In this document: in pieces, positions 24,001 to 36,000 of the stretch | Numbering within the stretch: position 1 is the first letter of the stretch | How the letters are laid out: each line of letters opens with the position of its first letter | Assembly (NCBI RefSeq): GCF_039654945.1 | Contig: NW_027361754.1 | Coordinates: 65,596,001-65,660,000, forward strand | Source: Dendrobates tinctorius | Taxonomy: Eukaryota | Direction: 5' to 3' | DNA: 64,000 nucleotides | Notes under the pieces: generated by a model | What the model was told of the DNA's origin: nothing | The model's database searches: none | What the model saw: only the letters and a program-made list of their open reading frames with translations | Made by a program: the position numbers and the translations under genes

Positions 24001-27000
24001 AATACATTTTCTTTTAAGTTTATTATTTTTCCCTTACTAAGGTGGTGATAACGGGGGTTTGATTTACTATTTATGGCGGTTTTTTATGTTTGGCAGCTGT
24101 CATAAGCTAAAAGACACTTTTTATTGTAAAAATAGTTTTTGCATCACCACATATTGAGAGCTATAATTTTTCCATATTTTGACCCACTGAGTCATGTGTG
24201 GTCTTATTGGTACCATTTTCGGGCACGTGACATTTTTGATCGCTTTTTATTCTGATTGTTCGGACGCAGAATTAACAAAAATCAGCGTTTCATGAATTTC
24301 TTTTGGGGGGGGTGCGTTTACACCGTTCCGCATGCGATAAAATTGATAAAGCGCTTTTATTCTTCCGGTCGGTATGGTTACAGCGATACCTCATTTAGGT
24401 CGTTTTTTATGTTTTGTCGGTTTTATGCAATGAAAACTATTTTATATAAAAAATAATTATTTTTGCATCGCTTTATTCTGCGAGCTATAACTTTTTTATT
24501 TTTTTCGCTGATGATGCTGTATGGTGGCTCGTTTTTTGCGGGACAAGATGACGTTTTCAGTGGTACCATGGATATTTATATGCGTCTTTTTGATTGCGCG
24601 TTATTGCACTTTTTGTTCGGCGGTATGATAATAAATCATTATTTTTTGCTTCTTTTTTATTTTTTAAGGGGTTCGCTAAAGGGGTTAACTAATGGGGCAG
24701 GTCGTTACGGACACGGCGATACCAAATATGTGTACTTTTTTGGAAATAAAAAAAACAAAAAAAAACAAATTTATTGGGGGAATATTTTTTTTTTTTTTTC
24801 TAATTTATTTGGCAATTTTTATTTTTTTTTAACTTTATTACATTGGGACATCACTGTCCTGTGACAGATCGTTGATCTGTCACATCACAGATCAGCGATC
24901 TGTCACAGGCAGTGCAGCAGGCTACCTCGTGCCTGCGCTTTGCAGGCACTGAGGAAGCCGGCCCCCGAAGGTCCCCGTCGCCATCTTGGATTCGGGGGCC
25001 TGCAGGGAAGGAGCCCTCCGCAGCAGCGCTGCACATTGCGCTGACGTGGGGGGCTTAGGGAAGCACGGAGGGAGCCCCCTCCCTGCCGATGCTTCCCTTT
25101 AACCCCCAGTACACCGCGATCGTGTTTGATCGCAGTGTGCAAGGGGTTAACGTGTCAGCACCGGTTCCGGCTCCCGTACATTTTTCCCCCCTCTTCCCTT
25201 GCTCCCGAGGGTCATCAAGAAGATCAGAGCAGAGGGAGTACCAGTGATCCTAGTCGCTCCAGATTGACCGCGCCGGAAATGGTACGCAGAACTAGTACAA
25301 CTAGTCGCCGACGTTCCCTGGCGACTTCCAGATCGCATGGATATACTCTCACAGGGCCAGATTTACCACCAGAACTCCGGGGCCCTGTCTTTGACGGCAT
25401 GGCCGTTGAATCCTGGATTTTAGCACAGGCTGGGTTCTCTCACGACGTGATTTCCACCATGATTAGTGCTAGGAAGCATGTGTCCATGTGCATCTATCAC
25501 CGCACCTGGAAAACCTTTTCGTGGTGTAAGTCGATCACTTCTAGTGTTTTTCCATTCCGGCCATATTGGAATTCCTTCAATCTGTTTTAAAATCAGGCCT
25601 TGCGCTTAGCTCGCTCAAGGGCCAAATTTCGGCCTTGTCAGTGCTTTTCCGACGCAAAATTGCCACCAAACTTCAGGTCAAGACGTTCAATCAGAGAAGT
25701 TTCCCATGTGGCGCCTCCTTATAGAAGGCCATTGGAATCATGGGACCTTAACCTGATTCTCGGGGCCTTACAGGAGGCTCCTTTCGAACCGCCGCAGGAC
25801 GTGTCACTGTCCGTCCTCTCTTGGAAGGTGGTCTTTCTAGTAGCAATTACGTCAAGCAGACAAGTTTTGAAATTGGCAGCTCTGTCCCGCCGTTCTACGT
25901 TCCTAAATTTTTCATCAGGAAAAGGTAGTTCTCAGGACGTCCCTGTCCTTCCTGCCCAAGGTCATCTCCTCTTCCATCTCAATGAGGGAATTGTTTTGCC
26001 TTTCCTTTTGTCCGGTGCCAGTCCATCACATTGAGAAGGCCTTCCACACCCTGGATGTGGTTAGGGCGCTGAGACGGTACATCTCGCGGACGGCTCCCTT
26101 CCGCAAGTCAGATGCCCTGTTCATGCTTCCAGAGGGGCATAGGAAGGGGCTAGCCAGGTAGATTCCCCTGGCGATTCAGTGGTCCTACTGTATTAAGAAC
26201 GCGCCTGTCCCAGTGGGGATTAAGGCGCACTCTGCCTGGTTAGTGGGCGCCTCTTTGGCCATTCGGCACCAGGCCTCGGCAGAACAGGTCTGCAAGGCTG
26301 CGACTTGGTCCAGTCTGCACACTTTTTACAAAATATTACCAATTTCAATCTCAGGCCTGTCCGCAAGGTTGTGACTTGATTCAGCCTGCATACCTTTACA
26401 AACATTGCTTAATTAATTCTCAGGCCTCTGCGGATGCAGCCTGCAATCGGCAGTGCCTCACTGTTGACTCAGTGGTACATGGGGTATTAGCAGATGTATG
26501 CTCCCCACCCAGGGACTGCTTTAGGACGTCCCACTGTCTGTGTCCCCCAATGAGGCGTAGGAGAAATAAGGATTTTTGTCTACTCACCGTAAAATCCTTT
26601 TCTCCGAGCCGTTCATTGGGGGACACAGCACCCACCCTGTTTAGCCTTTTGGCTCACTGTAGCATTCTTAGGCTTTGACTTAGTTATGGTTATTATTGAC
26701 TGTTTATGCTCCTACTGCTTTTTTCACCGAACTGGAGAAATCTCAGCCAGCGAGAGGGTGTATACTGCAGGGGAGGAGCTAACTTTTTTTCTGGTTTACT
26801 TACTGTCCTCCTAGTGGCCAGCAGCATAACACCCACACTCTCTGTGTCCCCCAATGATCGGCTCGGAGAAAAGGATTTTACGGTGAGTACACAAAAATCC
26901 CTATTCTTGGTACTCACCGTAAAATATCTTTATTGGAGCCTTAATTAGGGGACAAAGCACCCTCTATTGCGCCTATGTGCCTTTCTTGTTGGGTTGGTAC

Positions 27001-30000
27001 ATTTGTTGAGTTTTGGTTGCTTCTCCTACTGATTTAAAACACAAACTGAGGTTACTTTGTGCCTGTCGGTGGGTGTATACTGCTGAGGAGGAGCTATTTT
27101 CCTTTTTTTTGCCATGTCAGCCTCCTAGCGACAGCAGCATACACCCATAGTTACCTGTGTCCACAATGAAGGCTCCAAGAAAGATTTTACGGTGAGTACC
27201 AAAAACCCTCTTTATCGCTAAAATGCCGCAGAATTTCAGAGTCAAACATACCAGGCTGAGTTCTTGCTGTCAGCGTCTGATACATGGTGCCCGCAGATTG
27301 GGCGGCACGTATTAGCTGTCAGGTTACTTTTAAATAGCGAACAGAAAGGGTTTGTTCACGCAATATAATCCTCAGATTCAGGTAACTTTCTTCCATTTTT
27401 CATGCATTTCAGCATTAATTGGTTTTAGCCCAAATTACTATATGGACGCCTTAACCGAAAATATCCGGTTCTTATAGGAACCTAAGACCTAGGACGGAAA
27501 AAGCAATTGAAGATGTGTACGACGAATCACTGTCTAAAGCAGACGTCCCGTCATCTAAAGAGGTGATTGGCGCAAGAATAACGCAGATTTTCTTTTACAG
27601 TTGGAAGTATTGAACGGTTTTGCTCCATCTGCGCTACTCGATTTTTAAATGACTCCTGCAAAACAGCTGCTATTTCCCGAGGGGAGCTGTGGGTTCATGT
27701 ATACTGCAGTAGTGCTGCCCTGTAATAAGAGTTGCGCTGATCTTCTAGGTCAGGATCTGCTCTTCCCTGGCTAATAAAGGGGCATCCATATGTCCTAGTG
27801 GGACCTACAGATCCCAATGGGGACCCCTCCTTTGAGAGTTTCCTTTTAGAAATTGCTGCAATGGGGGAAACAGTAATAAAACACCAAGCACTGAACTATT
27901 AATTCCCCTGCCCTTTCAGCACTGTGGTTCGCCTGCTGATGTTTGGGTCTAGAGTGGAGCAAATTTTTCAAAAATCGGTTGCGATTGTGATCGGCGCCGA
28001 ACATCATTGGAGTCAATGGAAGTAGAAATGAATGAATATGTTCGGAACCGATCATCAAAAATAAATTCGGCACGGATAGGGTACCATTCGCTCTAACTCT
28101 ACTCGGGTCCTCCCTGCTGGCCATTGCTTATTTGGCTGCCATGATGACATCCCGTCAGGGGCTGCTCCAGCCAATCTCATTGGTGACTGATCTTGAAAAA
28201 TCCCTTTAGATATTTGCAAGCTAAAACATAATCTGTACACTGTTTATTTTTCTACTTAAAGGGATGGCCTAACTATTGTCTCTTTTTACAGTTGTCCTCG
28301 AATTACTATAATGATGAAATTGATAGATACCACGAGGAGAAGTTTCAGGTAAAGCTATTTACACGTCAGAGTTCCATATAGACATAACACTATAAATCTG
28401 CCCAGGCTACGTCTTTCCCATTTATTTTATTCCATCTGTGTTGTTGCTGACCTCTTACCAATTCTCAGTTGACCACATTTTGTTTTCTTACAATTCTTCC
28501 CAGAACCTGATAGAAAAAGGAGTGAAATTTGACAGCGATGAAGAGCAGTATGACAGTGAGGTATGGAAACCGCTGTGCACTTGAAGATATAATCATATCA
28601 CTTTGTGGTTCTTAAAACTCCAGAGTTTTCTTTTATACTTTTTGCAGGATGAGGTTATGCCTCTTGATATTGAGGATGATGACGACGGTGAAGGAGATGA
28701 GGATGACGAAGATGATCACATATCCATGGACAGTGATATAGAAGATCGTGACAAAGATGGTGAGCAAGCATGGTCAAATCCCTACCATAAAGGGGTTTAG
28801 TGATCATACTGTCATCTCTTCTTGAGCATGGGGGGATAGAGCAAAGAGGAACGCTTCTTTTTTTTTTTTTTACCAACTTTGTAGTCCATTTATTCTAGAG
28901 ATTGGAGGTGGCACCAGGAATTGTCTCCACTATATGCCATCCTTTACTTTTTTAGCTTATACCTTTTGTATGGAGTAATATACTATGCTATACTTTTGGG
29001 GGTATACTGGCCTGACAGAGGTTAAAAGGACACTCTTGGCTTTCATCAGGTGAGAAGAAGCTACTTATATATTTAGCATGTGCAGCATATTGGGAATGTC
29101 TATTGTGATGGGATCAGGGCCTAAAAAATGCATGTCCCGTAAATACAGAAGACGCTCATTATACCATTCTGATCTTGAGTGAGAATGACAGATTCGTACA
29201 ATTTTATTTCACTTTTCCTGAGAGCTGGTCTACCTCCATTTGGGGTGAGTTATTTTGCAGTGAGTACTTTGGTCCAAGAATTGAGAAGAGTTACCTCTGG
29301 CCCTTGTGAACTGTGTGCATGTGATGGGATCAGTGTATGAGTGTGAATATAGTGGTACTCAGACTTGGAAGAATTTCAGTGTTGCGGTATCTTGAGTGAC
29401 AATTAGTGATGAGTGAACGTGGTCGGATAAGGTGTTATCCCATGCTCTGGTGCTAACCGAGTGACTTTGGCGTGCTCGAAAAATATGTTCGAGTCCCCGT
29501 GGCTGCATGTTTTGCGGCTTTTTGACAGCAGCAACACATGAAGGGATTGTCTGTTGGTTAGGCAGTCTCTGCTTGTATTGCAGCTGTCTAACAGCATGAG
29601 ACATGCAGCCACGGGGACTCGAACATATTTTTCGAGCACACCGAAGTCATTTGGTTAACACCTGCGCATGCTCGCTCACTGTTGACAATACCAACGTCTG
29701 GTGATTTACTGAGATCAGGGCTTCACTGTGATTTTTTGGAATGCTGTGTCCATTTAATACACTGACATAATCATGTTTTGTTTTTTTTTCTTCAGGTCTT
29801 CCAGATGAAATGGCGTGGGGACTAAGGAAGAAGCTATATTATGACACAGACTACAAAGAACAAAAGAAAAGTAAGGACGGTTTCATGAACTTACATTTGT
29901 TGTAGGCTACGTGCACACATCTGTGCACGGCTCTTTTTATTTCTCGGACGGTACAGGGACCCATAGAGTTTCATTGATCCATACACACATCCATTTTAAA

Positions 30001-33000
30001 AGCAGATCAGTGTGTCTGGTCCGTGAGACTTGGAGCAGGTCCTATTCTCATCCATGTTGTGGATCAAACTCAGCCATTGAAGTGTTTGGATTATTCTTCT
30101 AAAACGGATGAAACATGGAAACTACTTAGTATTCCATCCGTGTTTCATTGATCCATTGATGAAAGTGAATGGATAAATAAAAGTTCAGACATTTCACCTG
30201 CTTCAGTATTGAAAAACGGATGTAACATGAAGGCAAGACGCTAGAGAAAAAGAGATTTTTGTGTGTACTCGCCGTAAAATCCTTTTCTCCAAGCCAATCA
30301 TTGGGGGACACAGATCGTGGTATGCTGCTTGCCACTAGGAGGACACTAAGTGAACACAGAAAACAGTTAACTCCTCCTCTGCAGTATACACCCTCTCGCT
30401 GGCTGAGATTTCCCCAGTTCGGTGAAAAAGTAGTAGGAGCATTAAACAAATAATAACAAAACCTAAGAATGCTACAGTGAGGCCAATAGGCTAAACAGGG
30501 TGGGTGCTGTGTCCCCCAATGATTGGCTCGGAGAAAAGGATTTTACGGTGAGTACACAAAAATCCCTATTTCTCCTACGCCTCATTGCGGGACACAGACC
30601 ATGGGACGTCCTAAAGCAGTCCCTGGGTGGGGAGCAATCCAACTGCTAATACCCCATGTACCACTGATATAACACTGTGGTACTGCCGATTGTAGGATGC
30701 GTCTGCCAAGAGCTGCATCCGCAGAGGCCTGAGAATGAATTCGGTAATGTTTTATAAAAGTATGCAGACTGGACCAAGTCGCAGCCTTGCAGACCTGTTC
30801 TGCCATCGCCTGGTGCCGAATGGCCCAAGAGGCGCCCACTGATCGGGTAGAGTGCGCCTTAATCCCTGCTGGGACGGGTGTGTCCCTGGCACGGTAGGAT
30901 TCCTGAATAGCCAAGTGAATCCACCTGGCTGGCATGGTTTTTGAAGCGACTATACCCTTCCTATGCCCCTCTGGAATTACGAACAGGGCATCTGACTTGC
31001 GGAAGGGAGCCGTCTGCGAGATGTACCGTCTCAGAGCCCTAACCACATCCAGGGTGTGGAGGGCCTTCTCAATGCGATGGACTGGTGCCAGACAGAAGGA
31101 AGGCAAAACAATTTCCACATTGAGATGAAGGGAAGACACGACTTTGGGCAGGAAAGACGGAGATGTCCTGAGAACTGCCTTGTCCTGATGAAAATTCAGG
31201 AACGGAGGACGGCAGGACAGGGCCGCCAATTCTGAGACTCGTCTGATTGACGTAATTGCCACTAGAAAGACCACCTTCCAAGAGAGAACAGTTAGTGGTA
31301 CGTCCTGCAGTGGTTCGAAAGGAGCCTCCTGTAAGGCTCCGAGAACCACGTTAAGGTCCCATGATTCCAATGGCCTTTTATAGGGAGGCGCCACATGGGG
31401 AAACTCCCTGAATGAACGTCTTCACCTGAAATTTGGTGGCAATTTTTCGTTGGAATAGAACTGACAAGGCTGAAATTTGGCCCTTGAGCGAGCTAAGCGC
31501 GAAGCCTGACTTTAATCCGGATTGTAGGAATTCCAATATGGAAGGAATGAAAAACACCACGAGAAGAAGGTTTTCCAGGTGCGGTGATAAATGTGCATGG
31601 ACATGGGCTTCCTAGCACTAATCATGGTGTAGATCACATCGTGAGAAAAACCAACCTGTGCTAAAATCCAGGATTCAACGGCCACGCCGTCAAAGACAGG
31701 GCCCCGGAGTTCTGGTGGCAAATCGGGCCCTGTGAGAGTAGATCCATGCGATCTGGAAGCCGCCAGGGAACGTCGGCGATTAGTTGTACTAGTTCTGCGT
31801 ACCATGCCCAGCGCTGCCAATCTGGCGCGACTAGGATCACTGGTACTCCCTCTGCTCTGATTTTCTTAATGACCCTCAGGAGCAAGGGAAGAGGGGGGAA
31901 AAATGTACGGGAGCCAGAACCGGTGCCACGGCAGAACTAGGGCGTCCGCTCTGATGGCACATGGATCTCGCGAATTGAGGAACCTTGTTGTTTCGTCTTG
32001 AGGCCATGAGATCCACATCCGGAGTCCCCCAGCTATGGCAAATCTGCTGAAAGACTTCCGGATGAAGAGACCACTCTCCTGAGGCAAGGCCTTGGCGACT
32101 GAGAAAATCTGCCGCCCAATTGTCTACCCCCGGGATGTGGATTGCTGAGATGGGCGAATGGTTGGTCTCGGCCCAATGGAGGATGTGACTCACTTCATGC
32201 ATGGCCATCCTGCTCCGAGTACCCCCCTGACGGTTGATATACACCTCAGCCGTGGCATTGTCGGATTGGATCTTGATGGGGTGACCTGCGAGGAGATGGT
32301 GGAAACTCAGTAGGGCTAATCTGATCGCTCGTATCTCCAAGATGTCGATGGAGAGATATGACTCTTGAATTGACCAACGACCCTGTGCCGTGTGGTGACG
32401 AAAAACCGCACCCTAGCCCAGAAGACTGGCGTCGGTGGTCACCACCGACCATCGTACTGGGAGAAAGGACTTGCCTTGATTTAAGAGGGGATTTCAGTGT
32501 CCACCACTTGAGGGCTTGTCTGACCCACAGGGACAGAAGGAACCGACGGTCCAGGGAGAACGGGTTCTTGTCCCAAGTTAACAGCAACGCATATTGTAAA
32601 GGGCGGAGATGGAACTGTGCGAATGGGACAGCTTCCATCACTGAGACCATCCTTCTGAGAACTCTCATGCTGAAACGAATGGCGTGAGAAACTGGTCGGG
32701 AAAGAGTCCGTGCTGCCTGTTGTAAGGCTCGGGCCTTTTCTGGAGGGAGAATGACCAACCTGCGGGAAGTGTCCAAGATCATTCCCAAAAAGGAAATCTG
32801 CTGGGCCGGTGTTGGGGAAGACTTTTCGTAGTTTATCTTCCAACCCAGGCAAGAAAGTGTATTTACTGTGATATCCACGGATTCCTCGCAGGCTGGAAGT
32901 GACGGACCCTTGATCAGCAGGTCGTCCAGATATGGCAGTACCACCACTCCCCGAGCATGAAGAATGGCCTTGACAGCCGCCATGACCTTGGTAAAGACCC

Positions 33001-36000
33001 TGGGGGCGGTGGCGAGTCCGAAGGGCAAGGCAACGAACTGGAAGTGTTTCTTGCGAATCGCAAAATGCAGGAACTGCTGGTGGGATGGGCAAATCGGGAT
33101 GTGAAGGTAAGCATCTTTGATATCGATGGATGCTAGGAACTCTCCTTTTTCCATGGAGGCGACAACTGATCGGAGGGATTCCATTCGGAATCACCGTACC
33201 TTGACAAACTGATTTAACAGCTTGAGGTCCAGTATGGGCCGCATCGTTCCGTCCTTCTTTGGCACCACAAAAAGGTTTGAATAAAATCCCCTGAACCTTT
33301 CGTCTTGAGGGACTGGAATGATGATTCCGTTCCTTTGCAGCGCATGAACGGCCCGAAGGAAGGCTGTTGTCTTTGTCCTGGGAGGAGAGGACCGGAAAGA
33401 ACGTGTCGGGGGGGAGAAAATTCTATTTTGTATCCGGAGGACACCAGCTCCCTGACCCACTCGTCGTGGACAACCGCGAGCCAGGTGTGACTGAATGAAA
33501 GTAGACGACCGCCTACTTTGTCGGTGTCCGTCGGATACCGCAACAAGTCATTGTGTAGAGGATCTATGGGATCTGGCTACCCTACATCCAGATGCCCTTG
33601 GCCTGGGCTTCCAAGAACGGTTAGGTCTGTATGAGACCTGGGAACCTCAGTCTCCACGCGAGGACCGACCTGATCTGGAAGAGATTGTTGTGGAGGACCA
33701 ACTGGAATTGTTGCGAATAGGTCGAAAACGAGTCGGCCGTTGATTCCGAAACGGCCGGACAGCCTTTTGTTGGGGAAGGAATTTACTTTTCCCCCCGGTA
33801 GTGTCAGAAATGAACTGGTCCAGTTTGTCTCCAAACAGGCGACTAGTTTTGATAGGGCAGAGAAGTCAGCGATCTTTTGGAGGTGGAATCTGCCCGCCAA
33901 TCGTGTAGCCAAAGGGCTCTTCTATTGGAGACAGCATTAGCGACTGCCTGAGCAGCGCAATTAGCGGCATCTAAAGAAGCGTCCACTACAAAGTCTCCTG
34001 TGTGAATTATCTGCCTGGCGACACTGGTTGCCTCCGGAGGAAGATTGCTACCTTGGAAGGCAGTAATTAAGACTTCTGCCCAAGCGGCCATTGCCTTAGC
34101 CACCCAAGTCGCCGCGAAAGATGGAAAAAGTGCCGCTCCTGAACCTTCAAAAATTGAGCAAGCGAGGTAGTAAATTTGACGAGCGGAGGGGTTTCTGACT
34201 GAAGAGCCCTCAGAAACGGATAGGTTTTAGAAGCAAGATGCGATACAGGAGGGTCCACTGAAGGAGACTGTAACCCATTCCTTCATTAGATTTGGAGCAA
34301 AGGGGTATTTCGCCTCGATAGGCTTTTGCCCTGTGAACCGTTTATGTGGCCGGTCCCTATGTTTTTGGACAATGTCCTTAAACTTCGGATGGCTGGCAAA
34401 TACCTTGCATACAGGTTTAGTCTTCTTAAAGGAGATAACGTGTTCCGGAGCGGGAATATTTTTTCTCGTCCAATGTCAGAATCTTGTTGACTGACTCTAT
34501 AAGAGAATCAAGCGACTCTTGGTCATTTGGGGAATTCTGAGGGACTGACGTGTCAGATTCTAATTCAGAGTCGTGCTCGCTGCGAATATTTAGGAGAGGG
34601 AGAGCTAGAGGCAGAACTCGCCGATGCTGAAGTGCGAGCGTGACTAGGAGACGCGTCATGGGTCCACTTTCTAGAGACCTGACCATCCCTTGAAGGAGTA
34701 CGGCCCCTGCTGGGGGACGGTTCCCGGTCGTCGCCAGAGCCCTCCTCGGGCAGTAAAGATGCGTCCTGACTTAGAGGATTCCCGGAGGGAGTCTATAGCC
34801 TTGGTCAGTGACTCCAAAGACACTGACAGGGACGCAGCCCAGGGGGACTAAACGCAGGTAGCACCGTCGCAGCGGCGGATGGCATTTGAGCACAAGCCGG
34901 GTCGCAATCCGTGCATAACGGATTAGTCTGGGCACTGGGCAAGGCAGGCTTGCAAGTGGTACAAGCTGTAAAGAACGTAGTGTGCTTCTTAGTAGCCCTT
35001 TTAGCTTCCTTAGATTGAGACACAGCGCCCCTGAAAGTGTTACAGAGCCTGGGCTGCAGCCGCAGGGAATGTGCAGAGAAGGGGTTAATCTTTGCTCTGA
35101 GGGCAGATGCAGCTTACCCACGGTCCTGACACTGTGTCCCCGGTAGGAATAGCGGTGTAGCGTCATAGGTGCTGTCCGTCCGTGCGTGCACCCCCGTAAC
35201 AGTCACAGAGCCTGAGGTGAAATGGACATGGCCCCCCGAGACTAGCAGGGCACGTCTCGTACAGAGCGAGAAGCGCCAAAGACGTGGGTAGGGGCGCTAA
35301 CGCTGGGCGGCGCTATGGAAATTGCGGCCTATTAGGCCGAAAAGCCAGGGACTAAATTTTTGGGCCTACCCGCGGCGAGCACCGGGTGAAAGGGGGAGCG
35401 GGGGGTCTCAACAGGGTGCCGGTGTACCGCTGCTGAGACTAGGTCAGCGCTTCTCCCAGGGACCAGGACCTGACCCCATACCTCCAATTTGGTGCTCATG
35501 CAGGCTGCGCTGTCCAGGAGCCTTCAGATCTCATCCTCCCAGGCGATGTAGCAGAGCCGGAGGAGTTCTTAAAGGGGTATACCTCAGTCAATCCTCCCGA
35601 TGGGCAGGGGGATGGAGAGGCTATGGGGCTGATTCAGGGCATCCGAAAGCGTTCCTAAAGTCTTCTCCGTGCTCTTGCCCTCGTATCCGTGTGGGGAGAT
35701 CGGGATCGTAGAGGAACCGTCGCCCAGAAGAATCAGGTGTGCCCCAGTCGTCGCAGGAAAGGTACAGGGAGGTATACTCCGCGTTCTCGCCTGTTGTTGG
35801 TTCGGGGGAGATCGGACCGTAGAAAGAATCCGTCACCCCCTTCACTCCGTTAGTTAAAAAATAAAAATTTACAGAAAATACAAAAGATAAAATAAAAACG
35901 TTGGGGTCAGACCCAAGTGCCTCCTGCAGGCACTAAGAAAGAACTGGAGACATCTCAGCCAGCGAGAGGGTGTATACTGCAGGGGAGGAGTTAACTTTTT

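Larger units (their letters stand above)
19793..27213 (+). mobile_element. DIRS retrotransposon family A; decayed and rearranged, host for nested piggyBac-like and DIRS-B pieces
   Basis: 5' end TTTCTTTATCGCTTCATTAGGGACACAG. ITRs at about 19793-19932 and 27043-27213, ending ACCCTCTTT. Decayed gag from ATG 21043 (zinc-finger remnant, EWAIAMSQLVSDLT, PPISHLSSKTVL). Half an ICR at about 26908-26960. Confidence 0.85.
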
